A stretch of 64,000 bases of DNA from Candidatus Methanomethylicaceae archaeon (GCA_026414165.1 JAOAJN010000001.1:137066-201065), one strand, 5' to 3'. Counted from the first letter of the stretch, positions 1 through 9,385 are shown. Translations and numbers: made by a program. Notes: generated from the letters alone by a model not told the origin.

Positions 1-1
1 C

Positions 2-586
2 GAAATCGTTTTCACCGTCGTACCGACAAGCAACAATAGGGAGCAGTACCACCTCGAGTACTCCGTGATGTCAGCCTTCGGTAAAGGGTACGCTAACTGG
101 TGCACTTTCTACTTCAAGAAATCCGAGTTCGAGTCGTTCATGTCTGAAATAGGCAAAATAGGTATAAAGCCGTGGGAAGGAATCATGAAAAGCGGATACG
201 AGAGCAAGCAGAGACAGAGAGAGGAATTCAACTTCGTAGAACTTCCCGTAAGGGAGTACTGCTTTAACATCGGTGAATTCAAACTGGCTGAGGCTTACTT
301 GAGAAATTCCGGTTACGTCCAGCAGATCCCTGGATTATTCTACGACTCTCGGAATCTGCGGCACAGAGAACTGATGGAGCCATTCATAAAGTTCGGTATT
401 TTGACGACAGGTGAGCAGGGCTTCTGGCAGAGGCCTCCTCAAGTAGTCATGAAGATCTCGCAACCCAAGTTCATAACGACAGGCGGTCGGAAGCGGAGGG
501 TTAAGGGAGTTATTGATGAAAATAAAAGAGGTAACTACTTCATAGTGGATGCTTCCGAGCTGATCTCTGCTTGGAGGAAAGTCTAG
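2..586 (+). CDS. hypothetical protein, 5'-truncated by the window edge; candidate restriction-endonuclease partner of the adjacent methyltransferase
   Basis: The frame of ORF 65..586 stays open back to nt 2 (EIVFTVVPTSNNREQYHLEYSV precedes the first Met). It is on the same strand, 69 nt upstream of an SPPY-type DNA MTase. No family motif recognised by eye. Confidence 0.35.
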   Translation, partial: EIVFTVVPTSNNREQYHLEYSVMSAFGKGYANWCTFYFKKSEFESFMSEIGKIGIKPWEGIMKSGYESKQRQREEFNFVELPVREYCFNIGEFKLAEAYLRNSGYVQQIPGLFYDSRNLRHRELMEPFIKFGILTTGEQGFWQRPPQVVMKISQPKFITTGGRKRRVKGVIDENKRGNYFIVDASELISAWRKV

Positions 587-655
587 ACTTATGGAAGTGT
601 AGCAAACAATCCAAATTAATATAAACATTAAACCCATTTAAATATCGGGAAAAGC

Positions 656-1537
656 ATGCCGCATATCAAGGTAATATTCGGCGACTGCCGAGACATGCAC
701 GAAGTTCCTGACGAGTCGATAGCTCTGGTTGTAACCTCGCCTCCGTACTACAACGCACCTTTCGACTATCCTGGACTATTCAAGAGCTACGACGAATTCC
801 TTACACTGCTCAAGGATTGGTCGAAAGAACTGAAGAGGGTGATGATGCCAGGACGCATAGTGGCTATTGTAACTGATGATATGCTCGTGGAACACACAAA
901 ATATCCAGTGGTTGCGGATACGACCAAGATAATGGTGGAAGCAGGATTCAAGTACAGGGACAAGATCGTGTGGCGAAAGCCCGAAGGGTACATAAGGATA
1001 AGCAGACGGAGCGGGGTCGTCCTCCAACATCCATACCCGATGTACTTCTATCCCGACAACATCCAAGAGAGCATCCTTCTGTTTCAGAACGGTGATTTCG
1101 ACTACAGACGAATAAAAAACATCTCTCCCGAGATCTTGGAAAAATCCAAGATAAATACCAAAATTCTGCAGGGCGAGAAGTGGTACCTGACGGTCTGGGA
1201 TATAACCAACGTACTTCCTATCAACAACAGGATCGAAAAGGGAGTTGCAGCATTCCCTGAAGAGATTCCAAGACGCCTAATCACTTTGTTTTCCTTCTAC
1301 GGTGAGACCGTACTCGATCCATTCCTCGGGTCTGGGACAACTTTGAAAGTAGCTAAAGAATTGGGCAGGAACGGAATAGGGTACGAGATCGATCTGGAGC
1401 TTAAAAATAAAATCCTAGAAAAGCTGGGTAAAAAACAAAAAACTTTGACTGGTGATATTGAAATAGAAATATTTGAGCGGAAGGATGCTCTTAGATTACG
1501 TACCGAACTGGACTCGCGTATAAAAATAGGAAAATAA
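656..1537 (+). CDS. DNA methyltransferase, beta-class (N4-cytosine or N6-adenine)
   Basis: Catalytic motif IV VVTSPPYYNAPFDY is N-terminal and SAM motif I LDPFLGSGTT is C-terminal. This is the circular permutation typical of beta-class amino-MTases. Confidence 0.85.
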   Translation: MPHIKVIFGDCRDMHEVPDESIALVVTSPPYYNAPFDYPGLFKSYDEFLTLLKDWSKELKRVMMPGRIVAIVTDDMLVEHTKYPVVADTTKIMVEAGFKYRDKIVWRKPEGYIRISRRSGVVLQHPYPMYFYPDNIQESILLFQNGDFDYRRIKNISPEILEKSKINTKILQGEKWYLTVWDITNVLPINNRIEKGVAAFPEEIPRRLITLFSFYGETVLDPFLGSGTTLKVAKELGRNGIGYEIDLELKNKILEKLGKKQKTLTGDIEIEIFERKDALRLRTELDSRIKIGK

Positions 1538-1729
1538 CCTTTAGATTATTCTGTCCTCCCGAGCTCCTCCTTCAGCCTTTCCAGTTTACTCTCCTTGTTC
1601 AATGCTAAACCTTCCTAAGTTGCCAAACACTCATCCACCGCCCTTCAGGAGCGCATCTTTAGTAATATCGGCTCCAAGGCGACCAAATTCATTTCAATGA
1701 AACCTTATTTTCATAAAACATTTATCTCT

Positions 1730-2464
1730 TTACGATAATGCTTCTATGAGCTTTTTAAGAACAACAGAAGCCTTATCCCTTATGACAACATCTGCCCTAT
1801 CATCTAGAGGTGTTGGGTCCATGTTGATTATTACCAAAGCCCCTCCTTGCCCCTTAACAACCTCTGGCACCAATGCAGCAGGATAGACTGTAAGCGACGA
1901 CCCAACCACCAAACAGCAATCACTTCTGCATGCAACATCCATTGCAGCCTCCATCAGCCTTACTGGCTCTTCAAATAATACCACAGACGGTCTCATCAAC
2001 CCTCCACAAGATTTACAAGTAGGAGGTCTGCCGCTCCTCTCCAACTCCTCAATACACTCTATTGTCCTCCTCTCAACAGAGCAGAGATCGCAACGACTCC
2101 AAATTATGTTACCATGGAGCTCTATAACAGACTTAGAGCCTGCCTTAGTATGCAATGTATCTATATTCTGCGTTATTATCAAATCTATGTAACCTCTCCT
2201 TTCGAGCTCGGCCAAAGCTGCATGACCATCATTAGGTTCCGCACCCGCAATAGAATTATATCTCATCGCATAGAAGCTCCAAAATCCCTTCGGATCCTCC
2301 TCAAAGTAGCTCCTTGAAGCCATCCTAGGATCGAATTTTTTCCAAAGTCCTTGACTACCCCTAAAATCTGGTATATTGCTCTCTGTACTGATTCCTGCTC
2401 CCGTGAATGCTATGCTATGCGTTGCGTCTCTTAATATCTCTGCAATTTTCACAACATGCTCCAT
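1730..2464 (-). CDS. cobB: NAD-dependent protein deacylase, Sir2 family
   Basis: GAGISTESNIPDFRG and QNIDTLH motifs plus a Zn ribbon (CDLC...CKSCGG). Short (~244 aa) housekeeping sirtuin architecture. Confidence 0.9.
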   Translation of the reverse strand: MEHVVKIAEILRDATHSIAFTGAGISTESNIPDFRGSQGLWKKFDPRMASRSYFEEDPKGFWSFYAMRYNSIAGAEPNDGHAALAELERRGYIDLIITQNIDTLHTKAGSKSVIELHGNIIWSRCDLCSVERRTIECIEELERSGRPPTCKSCGGLMRPSVVLFEEPVRLMEAAMDVACRSDCCLVVGSSLTVYPAALVPEVVKGQGGALVIINMDPTPLDDRADVVIRDKASVVLKKLIEALS

Positions 2465-2474
2465 AAGCTTTCGC

Positions 2475-3158
2475 CTAAACGATCTTCAACGCTCTTCCAA
2501 CTTCATGTACAACCATGCCTGCCACGACCCATGCATCTAAAGCTTTCTTGTACAATGAGATCTTTGCATCAGCTAGCATCAAATCCTCCTCCTTAAACTC
2601 TCCCTTCTGGAAACCTCCTATTACCACCGAAGGACTATCTTCCTTTATTATCATGTCTCCAAACTTTTCTACCTTTATCTTTCTTCCCTCTTCGGTCAAT
2701 ATTATAGTCTTGCTTGGCTTGAGATCTTCCAAGAGCTTCTTGAGACTCATTTTCTCCAACTTCATAAGCCATTTGCCCGTCGGCGGTACCTTGCCTACAT
2801 CAAACAACTGCTCCACTAACCCTAAAAACCTTAAGTAATTTCTTGGCAACTTTATCTCAGGGTCTAAAGCAATCACAAAATCATTTAGCGTGTGCACATA
2901 AACTTGGAGCAACCCCTCCCTATTGAGCGGACTCCCCAACACATTTAGCAAAGTTACATACACTATGTCGGGTCTGCCCCGCCTGTCCCAGTCCCTAAGT
3001 CCCCTCATCGCCGCATAGTGATATGATATGTCTAGAAGAACTTTATTGGGGTCTTTGCCCCTCTTCTCTGCCCATCTCTTTACGGAAGGGTGATCAGCGA
3101 TCTCTTTTGGAACGATCTCCAACGCCGATTCCGCTATTATCAAACTTAATCTCTTCAT
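2475..3158 (-). CDS. nep1: ribosomal RNA small subunit methyltransferase Nep1 (EMG1, SPOUT family)
   Basis: LIIAESALEIVPKEI, RGRPDIVYVTLLN and LPRNYLRFLGL align by eye with archaeal Nep1. 227 aa. Confidence 0.85.
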   Translation of the reverse strand: MKRLSLIIAESALEIVPKEIADHPSVKRWAEKRGKDPNKVLLDISYHYAAMRGLRDWDRRGRPDIVYVTLLNVLGSPLNREGLLQVYVHTLNDFVIALDPEIKLPRNYLRFLGLVEQLFDVGKVPPTGKWLMKLEKMSLKKLLEDLKPSKTIILTEEGRKIKVEKFGDMIIKEDSPSVVIGGFQKGEFKEEDLMLADAKISLYKKALDAWVVAGMVVHEVGRALKIV

Positions 3159-3241
3159 ATTATCATACTCGCCTTATCTATGAGAAACCCATCTGAAAAC
3201 ATTTATGTCTAGGCTTTCTTCTTTTTTATCGGTGCGCATTA

Positions 3242-3559
3242 TTGCCATCAAATCGGCGCCTACTTAAAGATTTAGCCGCTCAAAGAATCGACAACCTCTT
3301 CAGGTTAGCTGAGGTAAATATCTACTCTAATCCAGCACTTTCAGATAGATATGTGGAGATGGCTATACAAATATCTAAAAGAACGAAAGTGCGCATACCA
3401 AAATATTGGAAGTACTTCATGTGCAGGTCGTGCCACTCTTTTCTATATCCTGGCATTAGGTCGAGGATAAGAATCTCTCCCAAAAGGAGCCCCCACATTG
3501 TAGTCGCATGTTTGGTGTGTGGTGCTATTAGACGTTATCCCATTAAAACCAAGAAGTAA
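3242..3559 (+). CDS. rnp4: RNase P protein component 4 (Rpp21/Rpr2)
   Basis: N-terminal helix RIDNLFRLAE plus Zn ribbon CRSC...CLVCG. ~105 aa, TTG start, conserved position upstream of eS19. Confidence 0.8.
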   Translation: MPSNRRLLKDLAAQRIDNLFRLAEVNIYSNPALSDRYVEMAIQISKRTKVRIPKYWKYFMCRSCHSFLYPGIRSRIRISPKRSPHIVVACLVCGAIRRYPIKTKK

Positions 3560-3623
3560 AGGTAAAAGAATATATATTTAAGTTAGATTTATCTCTGAAG
3601 AACCAAATGGAGAGGAGACATCT

Positions 3624-4097
3624 TTGCCTCTTGCCCAGTATGTTCCACCAGACAAGCTAATTCGCGCATTGGCAGACTACCTTAAAGAAAATGTAAAAGA
3701 GATCTCACCACTTCCTTGGTCAAGTTACGTGAAGACTGGTCCACATGTAGAAAGGATCCCGTCGCAGCCAGATATCTGGTATATAAGATGTGCATCTTTA
3801 CTTAGGAGAATATACCTAGATGGACCAGTAGGCATCGAATCCCTAAGAACTGCATATGGAGGCAGGGCAAAGAAAGGAATGCGCAGAGAACACCATTATA
3901 AAGCTGGTGCCTCCGCAATTAGGAAGCCCCTTCAGCAGTTAGAGAGTGCTGGTCTAGTGACAAAATTGGGCACGAGAGGTCGAGTGCTAACCGATAAAGG
4001 AAAATCCATAGTAGATAGGATTTCCTACAAACTGCTCAAAGAGCTTCAAAAGGATGTCCCTGCGCTGAGTAAATACCTTCCTGCTAAGGCTAAGTAG
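3624..4097 (+). CDS. rps19e: 30S ribosomal protein eS19
   Basis: PWSSYVKTGPHVERIPSQPDIWYIRCASLLRRIYLDGPVGIESLRTAYGG. TTG start with a GGAGAGGAG SD. Confidence 0.9.
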   Translation: MPLAQYVPPDKLIRALADYLKENVKEISPLPWSSYVKTGPHVERIPSQPDIWYIRCASLLRRIYLDGPVGIESLRTAYGGRAKKGMRREHHYKAGASAIRKPLQQLESAGLVTKLGTRGRVLTDKGKSIVDRISYKLLKELQKDVPALSKYLPAKAK

Positions 4098-4430
4098 GTG
4101 ATCTCTTTGGCTAGTTCTCCCGACGAGTTGGAGCTCATTAAACAAAGGAAACTAGCCGAAATGCAGAGGAAATTAGCAGAGGAGGAGCTAAGACAAGAAC
4201 AAGAAGCACAGAAGCAAAACGTTCTTCGCGTGATTCTAACTCCTGAGGCAAGAAGTCGGTTATCTAACCTTAAGATAGTCAAGCCAGAGTTCGCTGAACA
4301 ATTAGAACTTCAGCTAATACAACTAGCTCAACAGGGACGTTTGCCCGTTCCTTTAACTGATGATCAACTCAAAAAAATTCTGCTCGAACTCCAAAGCAGA
4401 AAAAGGGATATCAAGATAACTCGATTATGA
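4098..4430 (+). CDS. PDCD5-like double-stranded DNA-binding protein
   Basis: ELELIKQRKLAEMQRKLAEEE N-terminus, ~110 aa. Conserved archaeal position between eS19 and eL39. GTG start directly after the eS19 stop. Confidence 0.7.
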   Translation: MISLASSPDELELIKQRKLAEMQRKLAEEELRQEQEAQKQNVLRVILTPEARSRLSNLKIVKPEFAEQLELQLIQLAQQGRLPVPLTDDQLKKILLELQSRKRDIKITRL

Positions 4431-4440
4431 GGTGTTAGAT

Positions 4441-4596
4441 TTGGCAAGAAATAAACATCTTTCTAAAAAGAAACGCCTGATTAAAGCTAACAAAGAAAGT
4501 AGTCCAGTGCCCATATGGGTAGTTGCCAAGACTCGTGGTAAGTTTAGGCGACATCCAAAGATGAGGCACTGGAGACGAAGCAAGCTAAAACTATGA
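4441..4596 (+). CDS. rpl39e: 50S ribosomal protein eL39
   Basis: Not in the ORF track (51 aa). TTG 4441 with GAGGTG 6 nt upstream. Translation: LARNKHLSKKKRLIKANKESSPVPIWVVAKTRGKFRRHPKMRHWRRSKLKL. Confidence 0.85.
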   Translation: MARNKHLSKKKRLIKANKESSPVPIWVVAKTRGKFRRHPKMRHWRRSKLKL

Positions 4597-4607
4597 GGTG
4601 AATTTGA

Positions 4608-5135
4608 ATGAGTAAAGAATCCGTGGACCCTGAGGTTTTAGAAGAAGAGGAAGAAGAGGAAGAAGAGGAAGAAGAAGAGGAAGAAGAGGAAGAAGAGGAA
4701 GAAGAGGAAGAAGAAGAGGAAGAAGAGGAAGAAGAAGAGGAAGAAGAGGAAGAAGAAGAAAAAACCGCAAAGAAAGAGGAACTTAAGGCGACTAAAGAGG
4801 AGAAAAAAGTAGTAGAAGAAGAAAAGAAAGAAGAAAAGAAAGAAGAAAAGAAAGAAGAAGAGGAAGCGGAAGAGGAAAAAGTTGTTGAAGAGAATGTCGT
4901 CACAATAAATTTGCGACATGCTTACCTAACACATGGCAGAAAGGCCGCTCCAAAAGCAATTAAATTGGTTAAGAAGATTAGTCAGAAGATTGCCGATACG
5001 GAAGACATCAAAATACACAGCGATTTAAATGCCCTGCTTTGGTCAAGGGGCAAAACAAAAACTCTGCGAAGGATCTCAATAAAGGTTCAAAAATTAGAAG
5101 ATGGGACTGCCAGAGTGCTCCCTGCGGGGGCATAA
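4608..5135 (+). CDS. rpl31e: 50S ribosomal protein eL31 with a 96-aa acidic N-terminal extension
   Basis: The C-terminal 79 aa (VVTINLRHAY...LWSRGKTKTLRRISIKVQ) form the eL31 core. The N-terminus carries 40 consecutive Glu plus EEKK repeats. ATG is preceded by GAGGTG. Confidence 0.85.
   Translation: MSKESVDPEVLEEEEEEEEEEEEEEEEEEEEEEEEEEEEEEEEEEEEEEEEKTAKKEELKATKEEKKVVEEEKKEEKKEEKKEEEEAEEEKVVEENVVTINLRHAYLTHGRKAAPKAIKLVKKISQKIADTEDIKIHSDLNALLWSRGKTKTLRRISIKVQKLEDGTARVLPAGA
4641..4760 (+). repeat. uninterrupted GAA/GAG (GAR) trinucleotide tract, 40 codons, inside the eL31 gene
   Basis: Direct reading gives 120 nt of only GAA and GAG codons with GAAGAAGAG-like periodicity, followed by a (GAAGAAAAGAAA)x3 EEKK block. 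Confidence 0.95.
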
Positions 5136-5141
5136 TCTCAT

Positions 5142-5813
5142 TTGCCAATCTCGCGACTATCGCTGTACGGTAATCCCAACATAGGCGCTTTCATGTTCAC
5201 AACCGACAAATTCGCATTGGTCCCTCCCGACGTCCCCTCCAAATTTGCCGAAGAGGTTTCTGCCACCCTCAAAGTCCCTCTTTATAGGACCACAATTTGC
5301 GGCAGCGTACTTTTAGGGATCTTCATAACTGGCAATTCAAGAGGACTGCTCGTACCTCACAACGCGAGAGAGGAAGAGATATCTTTTATCGAATCAAATG
5401 TAGGCGTCCCCGTTGTCCAGTACAATGGAAAGAAGAATGCTTTGGGGAATATGGTCCTCCTCAACGATTCTGTTGCCTTAGTTGGGGTCGGGGCAGATCC
5501 TGACCTTAAATCTTTACTTTCGAAAAGCCTTGAAGTAGAGGTCCACGAGGGGGCTATTGCTGGGTTATCCTTGCCCGGAGTATGCGCAGTTGCAAACAAT
5601 AAAGCCATGCTCTGCCATCCCCAGACCACCGATGAGGAGACAAAGAGGCTTGAGGAAATTTTTAATATTCCCGTTAACATCTCTACCGTTAACTGTGGGT
5701 ATCCTTACCTTAGGGTGGGGATGCTGGCGAACTCGTATGGTGTGGTAGTCGGCGAGGCTACCACTGGTCCAGAAATGGCGCATATCGAGTCGTCCTTAGC
5801 TCTGATTGGGTGA
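5142..5813 (+). CDS. eif6: translation initiation factor 6 (aIF6)
   Basis: LYGNPNIGAFMFTTDKFALVPPD, ~223 aa. Conserved position after eL31. TTG start. Confidence 0.9.
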   Translation: MPISRLSLYGNPNIGAFMFTTDKFALVPPDVPSKFAEEVSATLKVPLYRTTICGSVLLGIFITGNSRGLLVPHNAREEEISFIESNVGVPVVQYNGKKNALGNMVLLNDSVALVGVGADPDLKSLLSKSLEVEVHEGAIAGLSLPGVCAVANNKAMLCHPQTTDEETKRLEEIFNIPVNISTVNCGYPYLRVGMLANSYGVVVGEATTGPEMAHIESSLALIG

Positions 5814-5818
5814 TGTAT

Positions 5819-6007
5819 ATGAGCAAAACCTTCATAGTCAAGGGAAAGGCGAAAATTGGTATAGACTGGGTTAACTTTAAAAAACAAGTGACTGCACCAA
5901 AAAAAGAAAGGGCAATCGATAATGTATTATGTATGCTTGGTGGAAATCATAAATTGAAGAGGTTCCAAATAAAGATCGAATCTGTAGAAGAGCAGGCTGG
6001 TACATAA
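5819..6007 (+). CDS. rplX: 50S ribosomal protein LX (eL20/L18Ae family)
   Basis: SKTFIVKGKAKIGIDWVNFKKQVTAPKKERAIDNVLCMLGGNHKLKRFQIKIESVEE. GGTGAT-N4-ATG at 5819; the longest ORF starts at 5810. Confidence 0.75.
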   Translation: MSKTFIVKGKAKIGIDWVNFKKQVTAPKKERAIDNVLCMLGGNHKLKRFQIKIESVEEQAGT

Positions 6008-6009
6008 AG

Positions 6010-6471
6010 ATGAGCACCCCCCAACGCCCCACAAAGCCCCTGACTCCCAAGGAAGAACTCGACGCTCTACTCGTCGAGTTCTCAAATCTTAAGGCATACG
6101 CTGACGTCTTGCGTCAGCAGATAGAATTTACAACAGGCGCCTTGGCAGAGCTCACCCTAAGCAAAGCCTCACTCTATGAGATCAAGAACAGGGAGGGCAA
6201 GGCTGAGACTCTAATCCACATAGGCGCTGGGAACTACATAAGGGCTCACCTCCAAGATGTTAAAACTGTAGTGGTGGGCGTGGGGTCTGGCATATCCATT
6301 GAAAAAGGCATTGATAGCGCAATATCTGATATCGAAGACCGAATAAAGAGGGCGCAGACGCAGATATCTTCCCTACAAAACCAGTACCTCCAGGTTTCAG
6401 CTAGGCTAGACCAACTGCAAGTAAGGATAGATCACCTATATTCCCAAATAGAGAGCTCGGGGAAGGCGTAA
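6010..6471 (+). CDS. pfdA: prefoldin subunit alpha
   Basis: Coiled coil, beta hairpins, coiled coil layout, 153 aa. Conserved position between LX and FtsY. Confidence 0.8.
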   Translation: MSTPQRPTKPLTPKEELDALLVEFSNLKAYADVLRQQIEFTTGALAELTLSKASLYEIKNREGKAETLIHIGAGNYIRAHLQDVKTVVVGVGSGISIEKGIDSAISDIEDRIKRAQTQISSLQNQYLQVSARLDQLQVRIDHLYSQIESSGKA

Positions 6472-6474
6472 TTC

Positions 6475-7374
6475 GTGTTTGACCGTCTAAAGAATGTCTT
6501 CTCCTCACTCATAGAAGGGATCTCCACAAAACCAATCTCCGAGAAGGATCTCGAGTCTTACCTATGGAATTTCCAGATAGCCCTACTTGAGTGTGACGTC
6601 GCCCTTCCGGTTGCTGAGGAGTTCGTTTCAAAGCTCAAATCTGCCCTGATTGGCAAGAAAATCAGCCGGTTCGAGGACATCTCCCCACTGGTAGAGGAAA
6701 CTTTTCGCTCATTATTGAGGGAGGGGCTAAATTCCGCCGACATCCTCTCCTTAATCTCTTCCAAGAAACCATTTGTTATCATGTTCGTTGGGATAAACGG
6801 TACTGGGAAGACCACCACCATAGCAAAAATTGGAAAATACCTGATGGATAGGGGGCTGAAGGTAGTCTTCTCCTGTAGCGACACCTTCAGAGCAGGCTCA
6901 GAGGAGCAACTTGATGTGCATGCCAAGCGGCTAGGCATAAAGGTAATAAAGCACAGATACGGCGCAGATCCCGCCGCGGTTGCATACGATGCCATATCCT
7001 ACGCTAAGTCAAACCAAATAGATGTGGTCTTAATAGACACTGCAGGCAGAATGCAGACCGACAGGGGCCTGATGGACGAGTTACAAAAGATTTACAGAGT
7101 CGCCAAACCCGACCTTACTATCTTTGTTGGGGACTCGCTTACTGGGAATGATGCTCTGCAGCAAGCTCAGGAGTTTAACAAGTTCGTTCCTCTGGATGGC
7201 GTGATCCTTACAAAAATCGACGCAGACTCAAAGGGTGGCGCTGCCATATCAATATCCAGCATAATCAAAAAGCCCATTCTCTTCTTGGGCACGGGTCAGG
7301 GGTACGACGATATAATCACCTTCGACCCAGACTGGGTTATTAAAAATATATTATTAAAAACCAACAAAAAATAA
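6475..7374 (+). CDS. ftsY: signal recognition particle receptor FtsY
   Basis: SRP GTPase motifs GINGTGKTTT, DTAGR and TKIDADSKGG. GTG start. Confidence 0.9.
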   Translation: MFDRLKNVFSSLIEGISTKPISEKDLESYLWNFQIALLECDVALPVAEEFVSKLKSALIGKKISRFEDISPLVEETFRSLLREGLNSADILSLISSKKPFVIMFVGINGTGKTTTIAKIGKYLMDRGLKVVFSCSDTFRAGSEEQLDVHAKRLGIKVIKHRYGADPAAVAYDAISYAKSNQIDVVLIDTAGRMQTDRGLMDELQKIYRVAKPDLTIFVGDSLTGNDALQQAQEFNKFVPLDGVILTKIDADSKGGAAISISSIIKKPILFLGTGQGYDDIITFDPDWVIKNILLKTNKK

Positions 7375-7459
7375 ATAATCATTAGCAAATAAGCGAATTT
7401 TTTAGCGTAAAAGTTTTAAGCAACGTTTTTTATTGAAAAAACCTCAAAAGGTGATGTTT

Positions 7460-8392
7460 ATGAGAACAATGAAAGGAAGAGACCTGCTGACACTTTCTGA
7501 CTACACCAAGGAGGAGCTAGAAAAGATACTTCAGCTCTCGTTAAGCATGAAGCACGATGTAAAGTGCGGCAACTACACAAGACCATATCTGAGCGGTAAG
7601 AGCGTGATCCTCCTCTTTCAGAAACCGTCTACAAGAACCCGCCTCTCATTTGATGTTGGTGTCCACCAACTTGGTGGTCATCCAATATACTTGAACTGGA
7701 ATGACTTACAACTTGGAAGAGGTGAGACTATTGCAGACACTGCAAGGACATTTGATGCCTATGCAGATGGGATCGTAGCAAGAGTATTCAAACACACAGA
7801 CTTAGAGATTATGGCTGAGAATGCCCGTGCCCCAGTGATCAACGCCCTCAGCGACTTAGCACATCCGTGCCAGGCGTTGGGCGACTGCCTAACCATAATC
7901 GAGAAGAAGGGCAAAATCGAGGGCACAAACGTAGTATTCGTGGGTGATGGCAACAACAATGTATGCAGATCGCTTGCCGAGGCCGTTCTAAAGCTTGGGG
8001 GCAACATGACAATAGCCTCTCCCAACAAGTACCAGATCTCCCAATCATACGCCGATTACATTAAGAAAGGCGCTGCAAAGGGCTCGTCTCTGACATTGAT
8101 GGAAGATCCCAAGGCTGCAGTCAAAGATGCCGATGTGATTTACACCGATGTTTGGGTCTCCATGGGACAGGAAGCGGAGAAAGAGGAGAGAATGGTCGCA
8201 TTTCGCCCCTACCAAGTCAACTCAGAACTCCTGAGCAACGCGCCCTCCGATGTTATAGTCATGCATTGCCTACCGGCCCATAGGGGTCTGGAGATTACCG
8301 ACGAAGTCATAGACGGCAAGAACTCTGTAGTTTGGGACCAAGCTGAAAACAGACTTCACGCACAAAAAGGTATTATGGCACTGCTTATCTAA
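7460..8392 (+). CDS. argF: ornithine carbamoyltransferase
   Basis: STRTR, HPCQ, SMGQE and HCLPAHRG motifs. The longest ORF starts at 7433 (TTG). ATG 7460 sits 4 nt after GGTGAT; ATG 7454 and 7469 are alternatives. Confidence 0.85.
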   Translation: MRTMKGRDLLTLSDYTKEELEKILQLSLSMKHDVKCGNYTRPYLSGKSVILLFQKPSTRTRLSFDVGVHQLGGHPIYLNWNDLQLGRGETIADTARTFDAYADGIVARVFKHTDLEIMAENARAPVINALSDLAHPCQALGDCLTIIEKKGKIEGTNVVFVGDGNNNVCRSLAEAVLKLGGNMTIASPNKYQISQSYADYIKKGAAKGSSLTLMEDPKAAVKDADVIYTDVWVSMGQEAEKEERMVAFRPYQVNSELLSNAPSDVIVMHCLPAHRGLEITDEVIDGKNSVVWDQAENRLHAQKGIMALLI

Positions 8393-8409
8393 TCACTTCG
8401 GTGCCTTCG

Positions 8410-9204
8410 TTGAAAATCTTAGTCTATTCAAAGCTTGACCCTGCAGGTATAAACATCTCCTCCCACCTTCTTTACGAACTGCCCTTTAAAGAGGTGCCTT
8501 TTGGCGCATCTGTGGCGCACTCATACGGCGATTTTTACCTACTCAGCACAGACTCGCCCCTAATCAATTTGTCCCTCTCTTTTCCTAGCACAGAGTGGAT
8601 TCTTTGTCTCTCAAAACATAAGAGCGAATCAGGAATGCGCTGCCTCACGGCTCATACCCCGGGAAACCTTTGTGACCATGCTGATTTCGGCGGAAGACCT
8701 AAGGAAGTCGCAATCTCGAACCCCGCCCTTCAAGCCTCTCTTCTCAAAGAACTTCTCCGTACATCTTCAGATCTAGGTCTTGAAGTTCCCATTTCTGTTG
8801 AGGCAACACACCACGGTCCAACGAGCCTCTCTGTTCCTGTTACCTTCGTAGAGATCGGGAGTGATGAAGCCGCTTGGAAGGACAATCTGCTTGGGAAGAC
8901 CGTAGCCAAAGCCGTCTCAAACTCCTTAAAATCCTCCCTAAAGGACGGCGAATTTGCTATCGGGGTGGGCGGAGGGCACTATCCCGAGAAATTCACAAAC
9001 CTAATGTTGAATGAGGGCGCCCTAATAGGACACATCATTCCGAAATACGCAATGAATGAGGGGATGGACCCGTGCATGTTCAAGGCGTGCATCGAAAGGA
9101 CCCTTGGCAAGTGCTCCAAAGCCTATGTTGACTGGAAGGGCACACCCTCAAAATATAAAGAATATCTAAAGACCATTGAAGGCATCGACTTAGTAAAGGT
9201 TTAG
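8410..9204 (+). CDS. dtdA: D-aminoacyl-tRNA deacylase, archaeal DTD2 type (putative)
   Basis: ~265 aa. KILVYSKLDPAGINIS N-terminus and ATHHGP motif recalled from the DTD2/DUF516 family. TTG 8410 lies 6 nt after GGTG; the ORF opens at GTG 8401. Confidence 0.6.
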   Translation: MKILVYSKLDPAGINISSHLLYELPFKEVPFGASVAHSYGDFYLLSTDSPLINLSLSFPSTEWILCLSKHKSESGMRCLTAHTPGNLCDHADFGGRPKEVAISNPALQASLLKELLRTSSDLGLEVPISVEATHHGPTSLSVPVTFVEIGSDEAAWKDNLLGKTVAKAVSNSLKSSLKDGEFAIGVGGGHYPEKFTNLMLNEGALIGHIIPKYAMNEGMDPCMFKACIERTLGKCSKAYVDWKGTPSKYKEYLKTIEGIDLVKV

Positions 9205-9385
9205 CATCATAAAAAGACGTTTAGACTAGTTTTCTACCTCGAATTTATTCCGAAGGTAAATACACTTTTCCCTCTTTTCTCAAAGAATTCTTTGCTATAT
9301 TCTAGGTAGCTTTTTTGTGGAAAGCTTTAAATTGAACCTTATCTTTCTCCCTTTTGCTCTTATGGAAATAGGCAGATGAGATCAA

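Noticed and set aside
1730-2464. A Sir2-domain gene next to an R-M-like pair. Could it be a Sir2-based defence effector (Thoeris/DSR-like)?
   Set aside because: It is a compact ~244-aa sirtuin with the full GAGISTESNIPDFRG/QNID motifs and a Zn ribbon. It has no extra sensor or effector domains. It is on the opposite strand and followed by housekeeping nep1, which fits a CobB-type protein deacetylase.
4544-4919. Poly-Ser and poly-Phe/Leu ORFs (119 and 93 aa) on the minus strand.
   Set aside because: These are antisense translations of the GAR repeat in the eL31 gene, not independent genes.
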